IMG/VR virus record: IMGVR_UViG_3300042485_000220
Length of the DNA stretch: 64,000 bases
From: an uncultured virus (IMG/VR IMGVR_UViG_3300042485_000220)
Lineage: Duplodnaviria > Heunggongvirae > Uroviricota > Caudoviricetes > Crassvirales
Strand: one strand, 5' to 3'
Part shown: positions 1 through 11,968 of the stretch, piece after piece
Layout: each line of letters opens with the position of its first letter
Numbering within the stretch: the first letter of the stretch is position 1
Notes under the pieces: generated by a model
Database searches by the model: none
What the model saw: only the letters and a program-made list of their open reading frames with translations
What the model was told of the DNA's origin: nothing
Position numbers and translations under genes: made by a program

Positions 1-1
1 A

Positions 2-385
2 GGTGCTATTATTGACTACATTGCACAAGCAGGAGAAGCATTTACACTTATGCAACAGCAAAGAGAGTCTATGAAGCAAATAGAAATCACTAAGCGTACC
101 AAAGCTGAGTTAGTTGGTAGAATGATGCTAGAAGAGCAGTTCATTACATCTACACAGTTAAACATCATCAGTAGAGAGTTAAAAGCTCCTACACATGATT
201 ATAATGCTAAAGATAGCTTATGGGAGTTGTACAACTATACAACATTTGCTATGAAAGAATCTCATCCAGGATTATGGATGGATAGTCATATCAAAGCACA
301 TAAGTTCTTTAATGATTATACATATAATCAATCAGCACCATGGGAAGCTCAAGAAGCAGCATTTAGTCAATTAGAAATATTTTAA
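2..385 (+). CDS. 5'-truncated phage protein, possibly DUF932-like C-terminal part
   Basis: Frame is open from position 2. The 'SLWELYNYTT' motif resembles the C-terminus of DUF932-family proteins. Confidence 0.45.
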   Translation, partial: GAIIDYIAQAGEAFTLMQQQRESMKQIEITKRTKAELVGRMMLEEQFITSTQLNIISRELKAPTHDYNAKDSLWELYNYTTFAMKESHPGLWMDSHIKAHKFFNDYTYNQSAPWEAQEAAFSQLEIF

Positions 386-386
386 C

Positions 387-1103
387 ATGAATTGGGAGAA
401 ATTTAAAGATCAGTTTCATCCTTCTTGGCATAGGTTTATGCAACCTTTCATTGAAAGTGAAGCGTGTGATAACATCTATAAATATCTCAAATCTGAAAGT
501 CAGAGGGGCAAGAAGATTGCTCCTCTCTCTCAGAATGTTTATAGGTGTTTCTATGAGACACCATATGATGAGCTGAAGGTGATTATGATAGGCATGTGTC
601 CTTATCATTCTATAAAGAATGGAGAATATGTAGCAGATGGTCTTCTAATGAGTTGCTCTACAACAGGTATATTACAACCTTCTCTAATAAAGTTTTATGA
701 TGCTATAGAGAAAGAGTTTTATAGTGGTTTGTGTGTAACATGTGAAAGATCACCAGATATGTCATTCCTAGCTAAGCAGGGTGTGTTAATGTATAACGCA
801 GCTTTGACTACAGAAATTAATAAAGCAGGCTCTCACATTGATCTGTGGGAACCCTTTACTAAATATTTGTTAGAAGAGGTCTTAGCAACAACAGGAGCAC
901 CTGTAATCTTCCTAGGTAAGGACGCAGCTAAATATCAAAAGTATATTGCCCCATTCACATGGAGCTTTACACTAAGTCATCCAGCCAGTGCTTCTTACAA
1001 GCAGACTGATTGGGACACAGAAGGAGTATTTACAAAGGTAAATACAATATTAAAAGACAACAACAATCTATCAATAGATTGGTTATTAGACACACCATTT
1101 TAA
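387..1103 (+). CDS. ung: Uracil-DNA glycosylase, family 1-like, with variant motifs
   Basis: LKVIMIGMCPYH (cf. GQDPYH), ADGL, QGVLMYNAALT, GSH..LWE.FT, FLGKDA and SHPAS (cf. HPSP). Confidence 0.85.
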   Translation: MNWEKFKDQFHPSWHRFMQPFIESEACDNIYKYLKSESQRGKKIAPLSQNVYRCFYETPYDELKVIMIGMCPYHSIKNGEYVADGLLMSCSTTGILQPSLIKFYDAIEKEFYSGLCVTCERSPDMSFLAKQGVLMYNAALTTEINKAGSHIDLWEPFTKYLLEEVLATTGAPVIFLGKDAAKYQKYIAPFTWSFTLSHPASASYKQTDWDTEGVFTKVNTILKDNNNLSIDWLLDTPF

Positions 1104-1113
1104 AAACACAATT

Positions 1114-1473
1114 ATGTACACAGTATTACATGGTGGAGACATCCACAAAGGAGATTTAATAGCAGTAAGTAATGGTAATGATTTCAGTATAGGTATCTAC
1201 TTTGGTAGAGGTTCAGGTGGTACAGTTCAGTATTATGGAACTTCTACTGCTGGATATTGTAAAAAACGTTATGAAGATAGAGTAAAAACTCAAGGTGCTG
1301 ATAAAGCATTACCATTTAAACTTAATCAGTTATGGAAATCATTTATAAACACACCAAGAGATACCAGAATTCTTAAATTAAACAGAGACAATATTACAGA
1401 TCAAAAGACAATAGAAGAAATACTAGAATCAAAAGAAATACTAAAAGAATTCAACATAGAAGTAAATTACTAG
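1114..1473 (+). CDS. Hypothetical protein
   Basis: 119-aa ORF in operon context with an A-rich leader. Confidence 0.7.
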   Translation: MYTVLHGGDIHKGDLIAVSNGNDFSIGIYFGRGSGGTVQYYGTSTAGYCKKRYEDRVKTQGADKALPFKLNQLWKSFINTPRDTRILKLNRDNITDQKTIEEILESKEILKEFNIEVNY

Positions 1474-1477
1474 ACAC

Positions 1478-3829
1478 ATGATACTCGAAAAACAAACAGA
1501 ATCACACATCCTTCAAGAAGGAACTACACAGGAAACTGTGAAAATGTCACTAGACTTAGATTCTGCTCAGGTCCTGATGCAGATGTTAAGTAAGAATCTT
1601 TATTCAGATTCAATAGGCTCTACTATCAGAGAATGTGCATCCAATGCACTAGATAGTCACAGAAGAGCTGGAAGTGACAAGCCTATTATTGTTTCCTTTA
1701 AGAGAAACAATCAGGCAGATACGTATGAATTTGCTGTTGAAGACTTTGGTATTGGCTTAGATGCAGATGATGTAGTAAATATCATCAGTAAGTATGGTAA
1801 GTCAACTAAACGTAACAGCAACACAGAACTAGGTATGATGGGTCTTGGTTTCAAGGCTCCATTGGCATACAGTTCTAGCTTCTACTTTGTAGCTAGAAAA
1901 GATGGTATGGAACGCAAGTACATGATGTACGAAGGAGAGGATACAAACAGTATTGACTTGTTGTACGAAAGGGCAACAGACGAACCAAATGGTGTAAAGG
2001 TAATTGTTCCAGTTAACTATTCTGATAGATACAATTTTGTTAACAAAATCAAAGAGCAATTAGCTTATTTTGAGAATGTCTATTTTGATGTAGAACCAAT
2101 GGGCAGTTATTCTGTTACCAATGACTTCACAATACACAGAGCTGAACATTTCCAATATTCTAGCTTAGCTACTAATAGTGACATGCATCTTTGCTTGGAC
2201 AATGTTAGTTATCCTATTGATTGGGATAAGCTTGGCATTGAGAGAATACGTATCAAAATGGCTTTGAGATTCAGTCTTAGTGATGGATTATTCCCTACAC
2301 CAAACAGAGAAGCTCTTAGATATACACAAGAAGCTAAGCAAGTTATTCTTAACAAGATAGCTGCAGTGGCTGATGTATTCATGAACAAGTTTAATGAAGC
2401 CATCACTACACAAAGTGATATCAAAGCTATTATGCAATTCTATGGTCAAAACAACAAATATATTAAGTCTTGGTACAAGGGTACAGATGATGATGTTTGT
2501 ATAGATGATCTTTTGGTACATTCTTCTATACCTGTAGCACAGCCTAAACTAGACAATATAAAGTTATTGAACTTAGAAAGACTTGCTGTAAAATCAAAGG
2601 AGTATATGCTTGCTGAATACAAGTTTAAATATAGATTTACCAGTGGTAAGTTTCAGAACATGAAAAACTATTACCATGAGTATCTAAGAATGTCAGACTT
2701 TACAAGTTATCACTTTGGTGGTGTGTATATTTATGAAGATGATTTTACTAAAAGTAAACAAGACTATCTAAGAACTATCCTGCCAGATAATAAACAGATA
2801 TACTTTGTTAAGAAGTCACCATTTAAACTTAAAAGTAAAACTGGTCAATCAGATTATGCTAAGTATTATCATTCTGTATTAGGTCTTAATATGTATCCAA
2901 AATCTCAATGGAGAGAAGTTATTAAAGAGTTCCAATATGTAGTGGGGCTGTATGCTAAAGACTTTATAGATGTAGATACTATTGAGATTCCACAATCATT
3001 TAAGGATGCTCAGAAAGCTAAGAGACTAAAGGTAACAGTTGCAGCTGTAAAGGGCCCTAAGAAGGTTAGAATGAAAGGTGAATTCTCTGGTAAGGTGGGC
3101 ACAAGAATGGATATTAATCTATCTGATCAATATTGTAAGTTTGTTCCTATGACATTTAAGATGGAAGACATTCATAAATTACCTAAGTTACATGTGTATG
3201 CTAAAGAAGCAGACAAGAAGCAAATGGATAAACTATGGTCACGTGGTGGTCATTTAGCAAACTTTGTACTTGTAGCCCAAGCAACCTATGATAACTTACA
3301 GAAAGCTGATTTACATAACTGGATAACATTAGATAAATTTATGGAAGGTAAGAACAAACCATTTAAGACAATAGCTACAGAGATTTTAATCAATGAGCTT
3401 GTAGACAAACAAGATGCTACATTTAGAAGACTTGAAATAGTTAGTGAGATATCTACAGATCTTGCAGATAAGTTACACGAACTAAAAACTTATAATAGTA
3501 AAAACTATAGAAGCTATGCTGACAGAGATGTTGCAAAAGCTATAATAGAACACGCTACAGCAAATAAGTTATTTGATGAGCCCATCTATACAACCTATAG
3601 ACAGGTGAATGAAGTGTTTACAAAGTTGCCTTTCTTAAATGTATTGCTAGATAAAATGGCCTATAGTTCAACTGCAAGTAATACTCCTATGGTATCAGCT
3701 ATTATTGATCTGTTTAAATATTATAAACATAGAGTTAATCTTGAGCACTACAAGCTTGTATTAACAGAAGATGCTCCTTTAGAGGAGACATTGACACAAG
3801 ACACAATTGAAGAATTACAAACAATTTAA
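1478..3829 (+). CDS. rIIA: rIIA-like protein with N-terminal GHKL/Hsp90-type ATPase domain
   Basis: LYSD..IRECASNALDSH, EDFGIGL, YGKSTK and GMMGLGFKAPLAY motifs; followed by an rIIB-like gene. Confidence 0.85.
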   Translation: MILEKQTESHILQEGTTQETVKMSLDLDSAQVLMQMLSKNLYSDSIGSTIRECASNALDSHRRAGSDKPIIVSFKRNNQADTYEFAVEDFGIGLDADDVVNIISKYGKSTKRNSNTELGMMGLGFKAPLAYSSSFYFVARKDGMERKYMMYEGEDTNSIDLLYERATDEPNGVKVIVPVNYSDRYNFVNKIKEQLAYFENVYFDVEPMGSYSVTNDFTIHRAEHFQYSSLATNSDMHLCLDNVSYPIDWDKLGIERIRIKMALRFSLSDGLFPTPNREALRYTQEAKQVILNKIAAVADVFMNKFNEAITTQSDIKAIMQFYGQNNKYIKSWYKGTDDDVCIDDLLVHSSIPVAQPKLDNIKLLNLERLAVKSKEYMLAEYKFKYRFTSGKFQNMKNYYHEYLRMSDFTSYHFGGVYIYEDDFTKSKQDYLRTILPDNKQIYFVKKSPFKLKSKTGQSDYAKYYHSVLGLNMYPKSQWREVIKEFQYVVGLYAKDFIDVDTIEIPQSFKDAQKAKRLKVTVAAVKGPKKVRMKGEFSGKVGTRMDINLSDQYCKFVPMTFKMEDIHKLPKLHVYAKEADKKQMDKLWSRGGHLANFVLVAQATYDNLQKADLHNWITLDKFMEGKNKPFKTIATEILINELVDKQDATFRRLEIVSEISTDLADKLHELKTYNSKNYRSYADRDVAKAIIEHATANKLFDEPIYTTYRQVNEVFTKLPFLNVLLDKMAYSSTASNTPMVSAIIDLFKYYKHRVNLEHYKLVLTEDAPLEETLTQDTIEELQTI

Positions 3830-3840
3830 AAAAGCAAAAC

Positions 3841-5307
3841 ATGTTAAGCTTAAAATGGTTTAAGAGTGCTATTGAACGCACAATCGAAAAGGTAGTAGAA
3901 AACAAAATTGAGCAAGCTTTTAATGAATTGGATAATGAGGAGGGGCAAGTAGCCCCTTCTTATAATCCTTCTCAAAAGCCCTATCTAAACATTAAAATGG
4001 TTAATGATACATTGACTATTGTAATGAATGATGGCAACATCATTACTAAATCTCCAGCAACAGCAGATGATTTCAATGCTGCTAGAGACTGTAGAACAGA
4101 GGCTTGTCTAATTAATCTTGTAAGTTCACAAGAGGTTAGAGATGATAAAAGAAAAGCTGAAGTTGCATATGAAAAAGCAGCTGCTGTAAAGAGAGGTGCT
4201 GAGTATTTGGCTACCCTTGATCAGTTTGAAATGAAGAACAATGCTTTGTATCTAAGAGGCATTAACAGAAGCTTACCTCCATTACTAGTGGAAGAGTTCT
4301 TAGAAGTGGTTGGTAGACATGGTGGCACAGACAATGATGAATTCAATGCTTTGCATAGATTCTTTATGTGGTGTTGCTTGAACCCTAGAGCTGAAGTGGC
4401 AGACAAGTTATTTAACTTCTTGAAGAAGAATAGCTTTAGTATCACTAAGCAAGGCTTCTTTGTAGCTTTGAGAAATGTAGTGACATTACATGGAGGTACA
4501 GAACTTGTAGACTTTGTGTCCAATGCATATAATAAAGTGAAGGCTGTATGGAAGAAGAAGCCTGATGATTATTTAGTGTTCTTACAAAATGGTGAATACA
4601 AAATGGTTACTAAATCTATATTTGATGAGCTAGAGACATGTACAGGCTGTGATGGTTCTGGAACTATTCCTTGTGAAGATGATGATTATGATGACAGTGA
4701 AGACTGTTGGGAATGTAATGGTACTGGTACACAGACAAAATATCATGAATCTGACTATGGTGAGAACATTGGTAACTTAACTGAGTTATATCTTGATTTG
4801 CCTAATAGAGCAGAGAATAGATATACAGATGCTCACACAAGAACATTTGACATCAGAATTGGTAGACCAGTAGATATGCCTATGGAATCATGTCGTTGGA
4901 ATACTGACGATTGTGGTGCTGAAGGATTACACTTCACTAGTGATGAGATTCATTATGTGGGCTGTGGTGACACAAGCGTGCTTGTACTTATCAACCCTAT
5001 GAAGGTTGTAGGTATTGGTGAGTCTAAGGGTAGATGCTATGAGTATTTACCAATTATGACTGTGCCACGTGAGGAAGCAACAGAAATCTTACATGACCTA
5101 GACTTTGACACTCTTGAGTTAGATGAGTCTTATGCTGTGCGTGAGTTGGATAACTTGGCTGAGAAGGCTAAGCAAGGATTCACTGCAGAAGCTAAGAAGT
5201 ATGATTTCAACTTACCTGCTTTGTCTGCTGTAGAAGTTTATACAATTGTTAAAAGTCTTGATGAAATAAAGCAAGAAATATCTAAGAGAATTGTAAAAAT
5301 TGATTAA
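3841..5307 (+). CDS. rIIB: rIIB-like protein with inserted zinc finger
   Basis: LNPRAEVADKLFNFL, ITKQGFFVALRNV, YTDAHT, CGAEGLH, LVLINPMKVV and GRCYEY motifs; lies directly downstream of rIIA. Confidence 0.8.
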   Translation: MLSLKWFKSAIERTIEKVVENKIEQAFNELDNEEGQVAPSYNPSQKPYLNIKMVNDTLTIVMNDGNIITKSPATADDFNAARDCRTEACLINLVSSQEVRDDKRKAEVAYEKAAAVKRGAEYLATLDQFEMKNNALYLRGINRSLPPLLVEEFLEVVGRHGGTDNDEFNALHRFFMWCCLNPRAEVADKLFNFLKKNSFSITKQGFFVALRNVVTLHGGTELVDFVSNAYNKVKAVWKKKPDDYLVFLQNGEYKMVTKSIFDELETCTGCDGSGTIPCEDDDYDDSEDCWECNGTGTQTKYHESDYGENIGNLTELYLDLPNRAENRYTDAHTRTFDIRIGRPVDMPMESCRWNTDDCGAEGLHFTSDEIHYVGCGDTSVLVLINPMKVVGIGESKGRCYEYLPIMTVPREEATEILHDLDFDTLELDESYAVRELDNLAEKAKQGFTAEAKKYDFNLPALSAVEVYTIVKSLDEIKQEISKRIVKID

Positions 5308-5340
5308 ATTTGTAGTCCAGGGGTGTAATGCTCCTGGACT
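5305..5340 (+). promoter_or_regulatory. Bacteroidota-type -7 element (TAAATTTG) followed by a hairpin
   Basis: TAAATTTG at 5305-5312; stem AGTCCAGGGG/CTCCTGGACT at 5314-5340. Confidence 0.5.
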
Positions 5341-5352
5341 TAATTTAACATT

Positions 5353-5778
5353 ATGAAAAAGAACGCAACAAAAAGAATCTCTAAGATACCTAGAAAAGTG
5401 GCTGTTAAACCAAGATGTCATGGAACTATGACAGAATCAGCATTCTGGAGCTTTATACGTAGTGCTCTTAGACAAAAGTCTAGATTTTGGAAACCTATTA
5501 CAGAAGCTAAGCTTCAGGCACGCAGATTGTACAAGGGAACAAATAAGAGACAAAAGTATGAGTATCAATGCAATGTATGTAAAAACTGGTTCATAGAGAG
5601 AAAGATAAACGTTGATCACATCACTCCTGCAGGAAGCCTAAACTCTTCAAAAGATCTACCAGGATTTGTAGATAGATTATTTTGTGAGATGACTGGATTA
5701 CAGGTGTTGTGTGAGAAATGCCATGACAAGAAAACAAAAACAGACAAATATGAAAAGAACAATTCTAAAGCTTCATAA
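5353..5778 (+). CDS. HNH endonuclease
   Basis: CNVC...VDHITP...LQVLCEKCHDKKT. Confidence 0.85.
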   Translation: MKKNATKRISKIPRKVAVKPRCHGTMTESAFWSFIRSALRQKSRFWKPITEAKLQARRLYKGTNKRQKYEYQCNVCKNWFIERKINVDHITPAGSLNSSKDLPGFVDRLFCEMTGLQVLCEKCHDKKTKTDKYEKNNSKAS

Positions 5779-6013
5779 CAAGAAGTACGCTGATCTAATT
5801 GATCACAAGGTAAGAGAATGCATTCAAAAGAATGAAAACTTTGAAGTTGAGTACAGAGGTAAAGTGATGACACTCACACCAGAAGATCTCAAGACAAAGT
5901 GTCTAAGCAGACAGTACATTGAGAAACCAAAGTATGGTGAAGAGCCATATCACTTACTGTCTTATTTATGGGAACCTACTAAAACTACAAAAGATGAGAA
6001 AGGAACTGACTAA
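5750..6013 (+). CDS. Hypothetical protein
   Basis: ATG at 5750 (MKRTIL), overlapping the end of the HNH gene. Confidence 0.65.
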   Translation: MKRTILKLHNKKYADLIDHKVRECIQKNENFEVEYRGKVMTLTPEDLKTKCLSRQYIEKPKYGEEPYHLLSYLWEPTKTTKDEKGTD

Positions 6014-6269
6014 CGTATTTGTAAGTGGAAAGCCTGCATTTACAGAAGTGTGGTATGAAGGCTACATAGAAGAAGGAGACATCAAGCACCAGTTTTGGTT
6101 AATTGATCCTCAGGGCGAAGACCAGTATGGTAATGAGTATGAGATGGAAATAAGGTGGTTCTTTAAGAACGTCCCTGCCAAGATTAGAGCAGCTCATGAC
6201 CAAATTTTACAACAGTATAAATACAAGAAGAATGATACAAGGGGAAACGAAAACAGAAGCTCAATATAG
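5994..6269 (+). CDS. Hypothetical protein
   Basis: ATG at 5994 (MRKELT) in a chain of overlapping genes. Confidence 0.65.
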   Translation: MRKELTNVFVSGKPAFTEVWYEGYIEEGDIKHQFWLIDPQGEDQYGNEYEMEIRWFFKNVPAKIRAAHDQILQQYKYKKNDTRGNENRSSI

Positions 6270-7275
6270 AGCAATTTATCTAGACAGCAGTTCTAGTTTA
6301 AAGGACTTTTCCATGGATAGGAAAAAGTACCATAAGAAATATATACTTAACCAAGTGGTTGAGGACGAAGAAAGTAAAGCAGCCACTACAGGTAGACTTG
6401 TAGAAACATTGTTAATGGAGCCCCATCTATTTGATGAGAAGTTCCACATATCTACATGTATGTCTACACCAACAGCTATGATGTTGGATTTTGTAGAGGC
6501 TTTATACAAATATACAGTGGAAGCTACAGCTGAAGATGGTACAGTGACTAGAAGCTTTGAAGACATGTGTAAGGATGCTTATGCAGATGCAGGCTTCAAG
6601 ATTACATTAGATGCTGTTCTTAAGAAGTTTATAGGATCTGAAGCTGAGATATATTACAAAGAGATTAGAGAAGTTAGATCTAAGAAGCTTACAGTGGTAA
6701 CCACTAAAGAAATAGAAAACGCTGAGAAAGTAGTTAATGAGTTAAGAACAAATACTGTCACAGCAGATATTGTAAACTTAGTTAATGATACACAGTATTC
6801 TGTATTTAATCAGCTACAAGTGGAAGGCTATGAAGTATTTGGTCACATGTTTAAGTCTATGATGGACAAGGTGATTGTAGATCATAAAGCAAAGACAGTA
6901 CAAGTGTATGACTTAAAGTGTACATGGTCTGTAGAGAACTTCTATAGTGAGTATTATCTTTATAGAAGAGCTTACATCCAAGGATATTTGTATTGGATAG
7001 CTGCAGCCTCTTGGGCTAGTGAGTGTGGCTATGGAGATTATGAAATTCTTTTACCTAAGTTTATTGTTTGTGACAGCACAAACTATATGAATCCATTAGT
7101 ATATTCAATGACTAAAGAATCTATGGCTAAAGCTATAGCTGGTTTTGAATACAAAGGAAGAGAATATCCAGGTGTTGAACAACTCATTGGAGACCTTAAG
7201 TGGACTTTAGAGAACGATGTGTGGAATATTTCAAGAGAGAATCATATTAACAATGGCATTGTAAACCTAGACTAA
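6232..7275 (+). CDS. PD-(D/E)XK exonuclease (RecE/DUF3799/Cas4-like)
   Basis: SSSSLKDF, G.LVETLLMEP, KSMMDKVIVD..VYDLKCT and Y.Q...Y motifs. Confidence 0.75.
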   Translation: MIQGETKTEAQYRAIYLDSSSSLKDFSMDRKKYHKKYILNQVVEDEESKAATTGRLVETLLMEPHLFDEKFHISTCMSTPTAMMLDFVEALYKYTVEATAEDGTVTRSFEDMCKDAYADAGFKITLDAVLKKFIGSEAEIYYKEIREVRSKKLTVVTTKEIENAEKVVNELRTNTVTADIVNLVNDTQYSVFNQLQVEGYEVFGHMFKSMMDKVIVDHKAKTVQVYDLKCTWSVENFYSEYYLYRRAYIQGYLYWIAAASWASECGYGDYEILLPKFIVCDSTNYMNPLVYSMTKESMAKAIAGFEYKGREYPGVEQLIGDLKWTLENDVWNISRENHINNGIVNLD

Positions 7276-7827
7276 ATGGAGAGAAAACACACAATCACTA
7301 GCATTTTTATTGTCCCAACTCTTAGCATTGGCAAAGATAGATTGAATGACAATGGATTTGTAAATGGATATATAAAAGATGGTATGAGAGATACACAGTA
7401 TGAAAATGCTGTGTATATTCTCTTTAAACCAGAGAACCTAGACAAATTTAGAGTTTTTCTAGTTGGAGAGTATGAGAGAACAAAGTCCATTATAGATGAC
7501 TATGACTATGAAGATGGTTATGTAGTGGTTGTTTATGAGATCAATCCTAAATTAAAAAATGATATAGAATTGATAAAACAGGGCAAATATTCTAAAACTT
7601 CTCCTGCTTTTCAAGGAATATTTCCTAAAGTTGTACAGATTAAGAAGAAGGGATTGCGTAGAGATGAGATATCTTTGCAATATAGAGTCTTTAATAAGAC
7701 AGATGATCTTGTACAGTTTTGGGAAGACAAACTAGGAATGCAACTTCCAGAAGATTTAGAAGTTTGGCATGGTTTCTTTGAGGAATTTGAAACATTAGAC
7801 CTTAATAAAATTAAAGAGTATGTATAA
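7276..7827 (+). CDS. Conserved hypothetical phage protein
   Basis: 183-aa ORF abutting the exonuclease gene; GKYSK motif. Confidence 0.7.
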   Translation: MERKHTITSIFIVPTLSIGKDRLNDNGFVNGYIKDGMRDTQYENAVYILFKPENLDKFRVFLVGEYERTKSIIDDYDYEDGYVVVVYEINPKLKNDIELIKQGKYSKTSPAFQGIFPKVVQIKKKGLRRDEISLQYRVFNKTDDLVQFWEDKLGMQLPEDLEVWHGFFEEFETLDLNKIKEYV

Positions 7828-8026
7828 CAGTGATATACTAGACCATCTAATCAAGAAATATGGTATAGATGATGTAATTAAATTCTGTGATATGGAGCGT
7901 GAAAAGAACGCTCTCTTAGCAGACTCAGTAGATGAAGACAAGCAGCACCATCCAGAACCTAACGAATGGAGATTCGAGAGAGACTGGTGGGCTGAGAGTG
8001 GTAAACAATTAAAACAAAGAATATGA
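7820..8026 (+). CDS. Hypothetical protein
   Basis: Short ORF with start/stop overlaps at both ends. Confidence 0.65.
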   Translation: MYNSDILDHLIKKYGIDDVIKFCDMEREKNALLADSVDEDKQHHPEPNEWRFERDWWAESGKQLKQRI

Positions 8027-8400
8027 CAGGAGCAGAACTATTAGAAACCTATCCTAAGGCAGCAGCTGCTATTAAGGAGTTTTACTATGGAAAGATGATT
8101 GAGTCTTTAGAAGAAGACAATGACATCCCACAAGAGTTCAAAGATATGGTCCAAGCACAACAGTTTGATAGTGAATATGTTGCAACATTTATTGACACTA
8201 ATCCTAGATTTCTGTTTGATATATTTGATAGTAATAATATTAATATTGTTATACACGTATATACTGAAGAACCTCCTACAGAGTTTGCATTTAGTATCCC
8301 TCAAGATAACTTAGATTACGACCAGTTATACCCTACCAGAAAAGAAGCAGAAGCTGCAGCTATAGAACAAGCATTTAAAATCTTAAATGAGAAGTTATGA
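8023..8400 (+). CDS. Hypothetical protein
   Basis: ATGA overlaps at both ends. Confidence 0.7.
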   Translation: MTGAELLETYPKAAAAIKEFYYGKMIESLEEDNDIPQEFKDMVQAQQFDSEYVATFIDTNPRFLFDIFDSNNINIVIHVYTEEPPTEFAFSIPQDNLDYDQLYPTRKEAEAAAIEQAFKILNEKL

Positions 8401-8648
8401 GTGATCAAATAGTATTAGAAGTCATAGAGAAGTATGCTCAGCGTAGTGAGATAGGAATTAACAAGTATGGAACTACACTTGAACAGAACAATCATGACAA
8501 CTATCTAAAGCATTTACAGGAAGAATTGATGGATGCAACACTATACATCCAAAAGCTTATTTCTCAGAATAAAGAAATAACTAAATTAGTTAAAGATTAT
8601 TCAAATGATGCAGAACTTGGTTACAAAATAAGAAATTTAGTTAGATAG
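8397..8648 (+). CDS. Small phage protein, possibly all-alpha NTP-pyrophosphatase-like
   Basis: KYGTTL...HLQEELMDATLY motif. Confidence 0.5.
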   Translation: MSDQIVLEVIEKYAQRSEIGINKYGTTLEQNNHDNYLKHLQEELMDATLYIQKLISQNKEITKLVKDYSNDAELGYKIRNLVR

Positions 8649-8674
8649 AATTTTGTAATTCTCTTGGTTTATAA

Positions 8675-8710
8675 GAAGGGTTGCAGTAAATTTGCGACCC
8701 TTCATTTTTT
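8675..8710 (+). terminator. Intrinsic terminator-like hairpin containing a TAAATTTG promoter element
   Basis: Stem GAAGGGTTGCA/TGCGACCCTTC followed by ATTTTTT; TAAATTTG at 8687-8694. Confidence 0.6.
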
Positions 8711-8731
8711 AACTAAAAAACACAAATTAAC

Positions 8732-10769
<2,038 letters not shown>

Positions 10770-10834
10770 AATAGTTTGCGTTTATATGCGTGTATATACG
10801 TATGTTTGCATCTCTGTTTTTCGTTAATTGTGTC

Positions 10835-10871
10835 AGCCCCTGGTATTTCTATACTGGGGGCTAATTTTTTT
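10835..10871 (+). terminator. Rho-independent terminator
   Basis: AGCCCCTGGTAT-TTCT-ATACTGGGGGCT followed by a T run. Confidence 0.75.
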
Positions 10872-10906
10872 AATGAAAAAAAGATGGAAATATGCACAAA
10901 AAGTTT

Positions 10907-10914
10907 TAAATTTG
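10907..10914 (+). promoter_or_regulatory. Bacteroidota sigma-A -7 element upstream of recA
   Basis: TAAATTTG about 20 nt before the ATG. Confidence 0.55.
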
Positions 10915-10933
10915 TATCACAAAATTAACAATT

Positions 10934-11968
10934 ATGGCGAAAGCAGTAAAACCAACAGACAGTGGTGTCTCTAAACTCCAAGACGCTTTGGATAAATTAA
11001 ACAAAGCATATGGTACAGGTACAGTTCTTGCACTTGATTCCAAAACAGATGGTCATTATGATGTAATCAGTACAGGTTCAATTGGATTTGATTGGATCAC
11101 ATTAGGTACTGGTGGATTTGTAAAAGGTAAGTTGTATGAACTTATGGGATGGGAAGGCTCAGGTAAGTCTACCATCTGTGGTCATGCTGTTGCTGAATGT
11201 CAGAAGGCAGGAGGTAAAGTGGTTTACATTGATGGCGAACATGCTGTTGATAAAAATTACTTTGAAGCAATTGGTGTTGATACATCAGAAATGTTAATTG
11301 CTCAACCATCATGTGGTGAAGAAGGATTTAACGTTGCATTAGAAATGATCAAGACTGGTGAAGTTGATTTACTAATTATTGACTCAGACTCATCATTAAT
11401 TCCTAAGAAAGTATTGGATGGTGAAGTGGGTGATTCATCAATTGGCTTAAAGGCTAGATTGAATAGCAGTGTCTATTCTAAATTAAAGTCTGCCATGTCT
11501 ATCAATAACACATGCGTTATTGTCATTTCTCAATACAGAGAGAAGATTGGTGTGATGTTTGGTAATCCTACTACTACACAAGGTGGTCATGCATTGAAGT
11601 TTGCATCAGATGCTCGTATAGAAGTCTCTAAGTCAGCTGCTAAAGATGGTGATGTAACTTATGGTAACATTACTAAAGTGAAGTGTGCTAAGAACAGAAT
11701 GAGTCCTCCATTTAGAATGACTAGTTTTGAGATTGTATATGGTGTAGGTATTGATAAAGTAAAGGAGATTATGGACTTGTTAAATGAGTATGAGCTTGGT
11801 AGAAAGTATGGTCAGACAATGACATTTAATGAAATCAAGTATAACCTTGAAGAATTCAAACGCATGTTGTTAGACAATGAAGAATTCTATACTGAAATCA
11901 AACAAAGTATCATAAACAAGATTAAACAAATTGAACCTAAAATTGAATTAGCAGATGTTGAAGATTAA
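10934..11968 (+). CDS. recA: RecA recombinase
   Basis: ISTGSIGFD, GWEGSGKST (Walker A), YIDGEHA, IIDS, GGHALKF and KNR motifs. Confidence 0.95.
   Translation: MAKAVKPTDSGVSKLQDALDKLNKAYGTGTVLALDSKTDGHYDVISTGSIGFDWITLGTGGFVKGKLYELMGWEGSGKSTICGHAVAECQKAGGKVVYIDGEHAVDKNYFEAIGVDTSEMLIAQPSCGEEGFNVALEMIKTGEVDLLIIDSDSSLIPKKVLDGEVGDSSIGLKARLNSSVYSKLKSAMSINNTCVIVISQYREKIGVMFGNPTTTQGGHALKFASDARIEVSKSAAKDGDVTYGNITKVKCAKNRMSPPFRMTSFEIVYGVGIDKVKEIMDLLNEYELGRKYGQTMTFNEIKYNLEEFKRMLLDNEEFYTEIKQSIINKIKQIEPKIELADVED

Noticed and set aside
5353..5778. HNH gene as a mobile intron-encoded element
   Set aside because: It is free-standing, does not interrupt a gene and has no visible intron structure.
10770..10833. 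Possible tRNA/ncRNA in the intergenic gap with alternating purine-pyrimidine sequence
   Set aside because: No cloverleaf or T-loop motif is recognisable; only the downstream terminator is supported.
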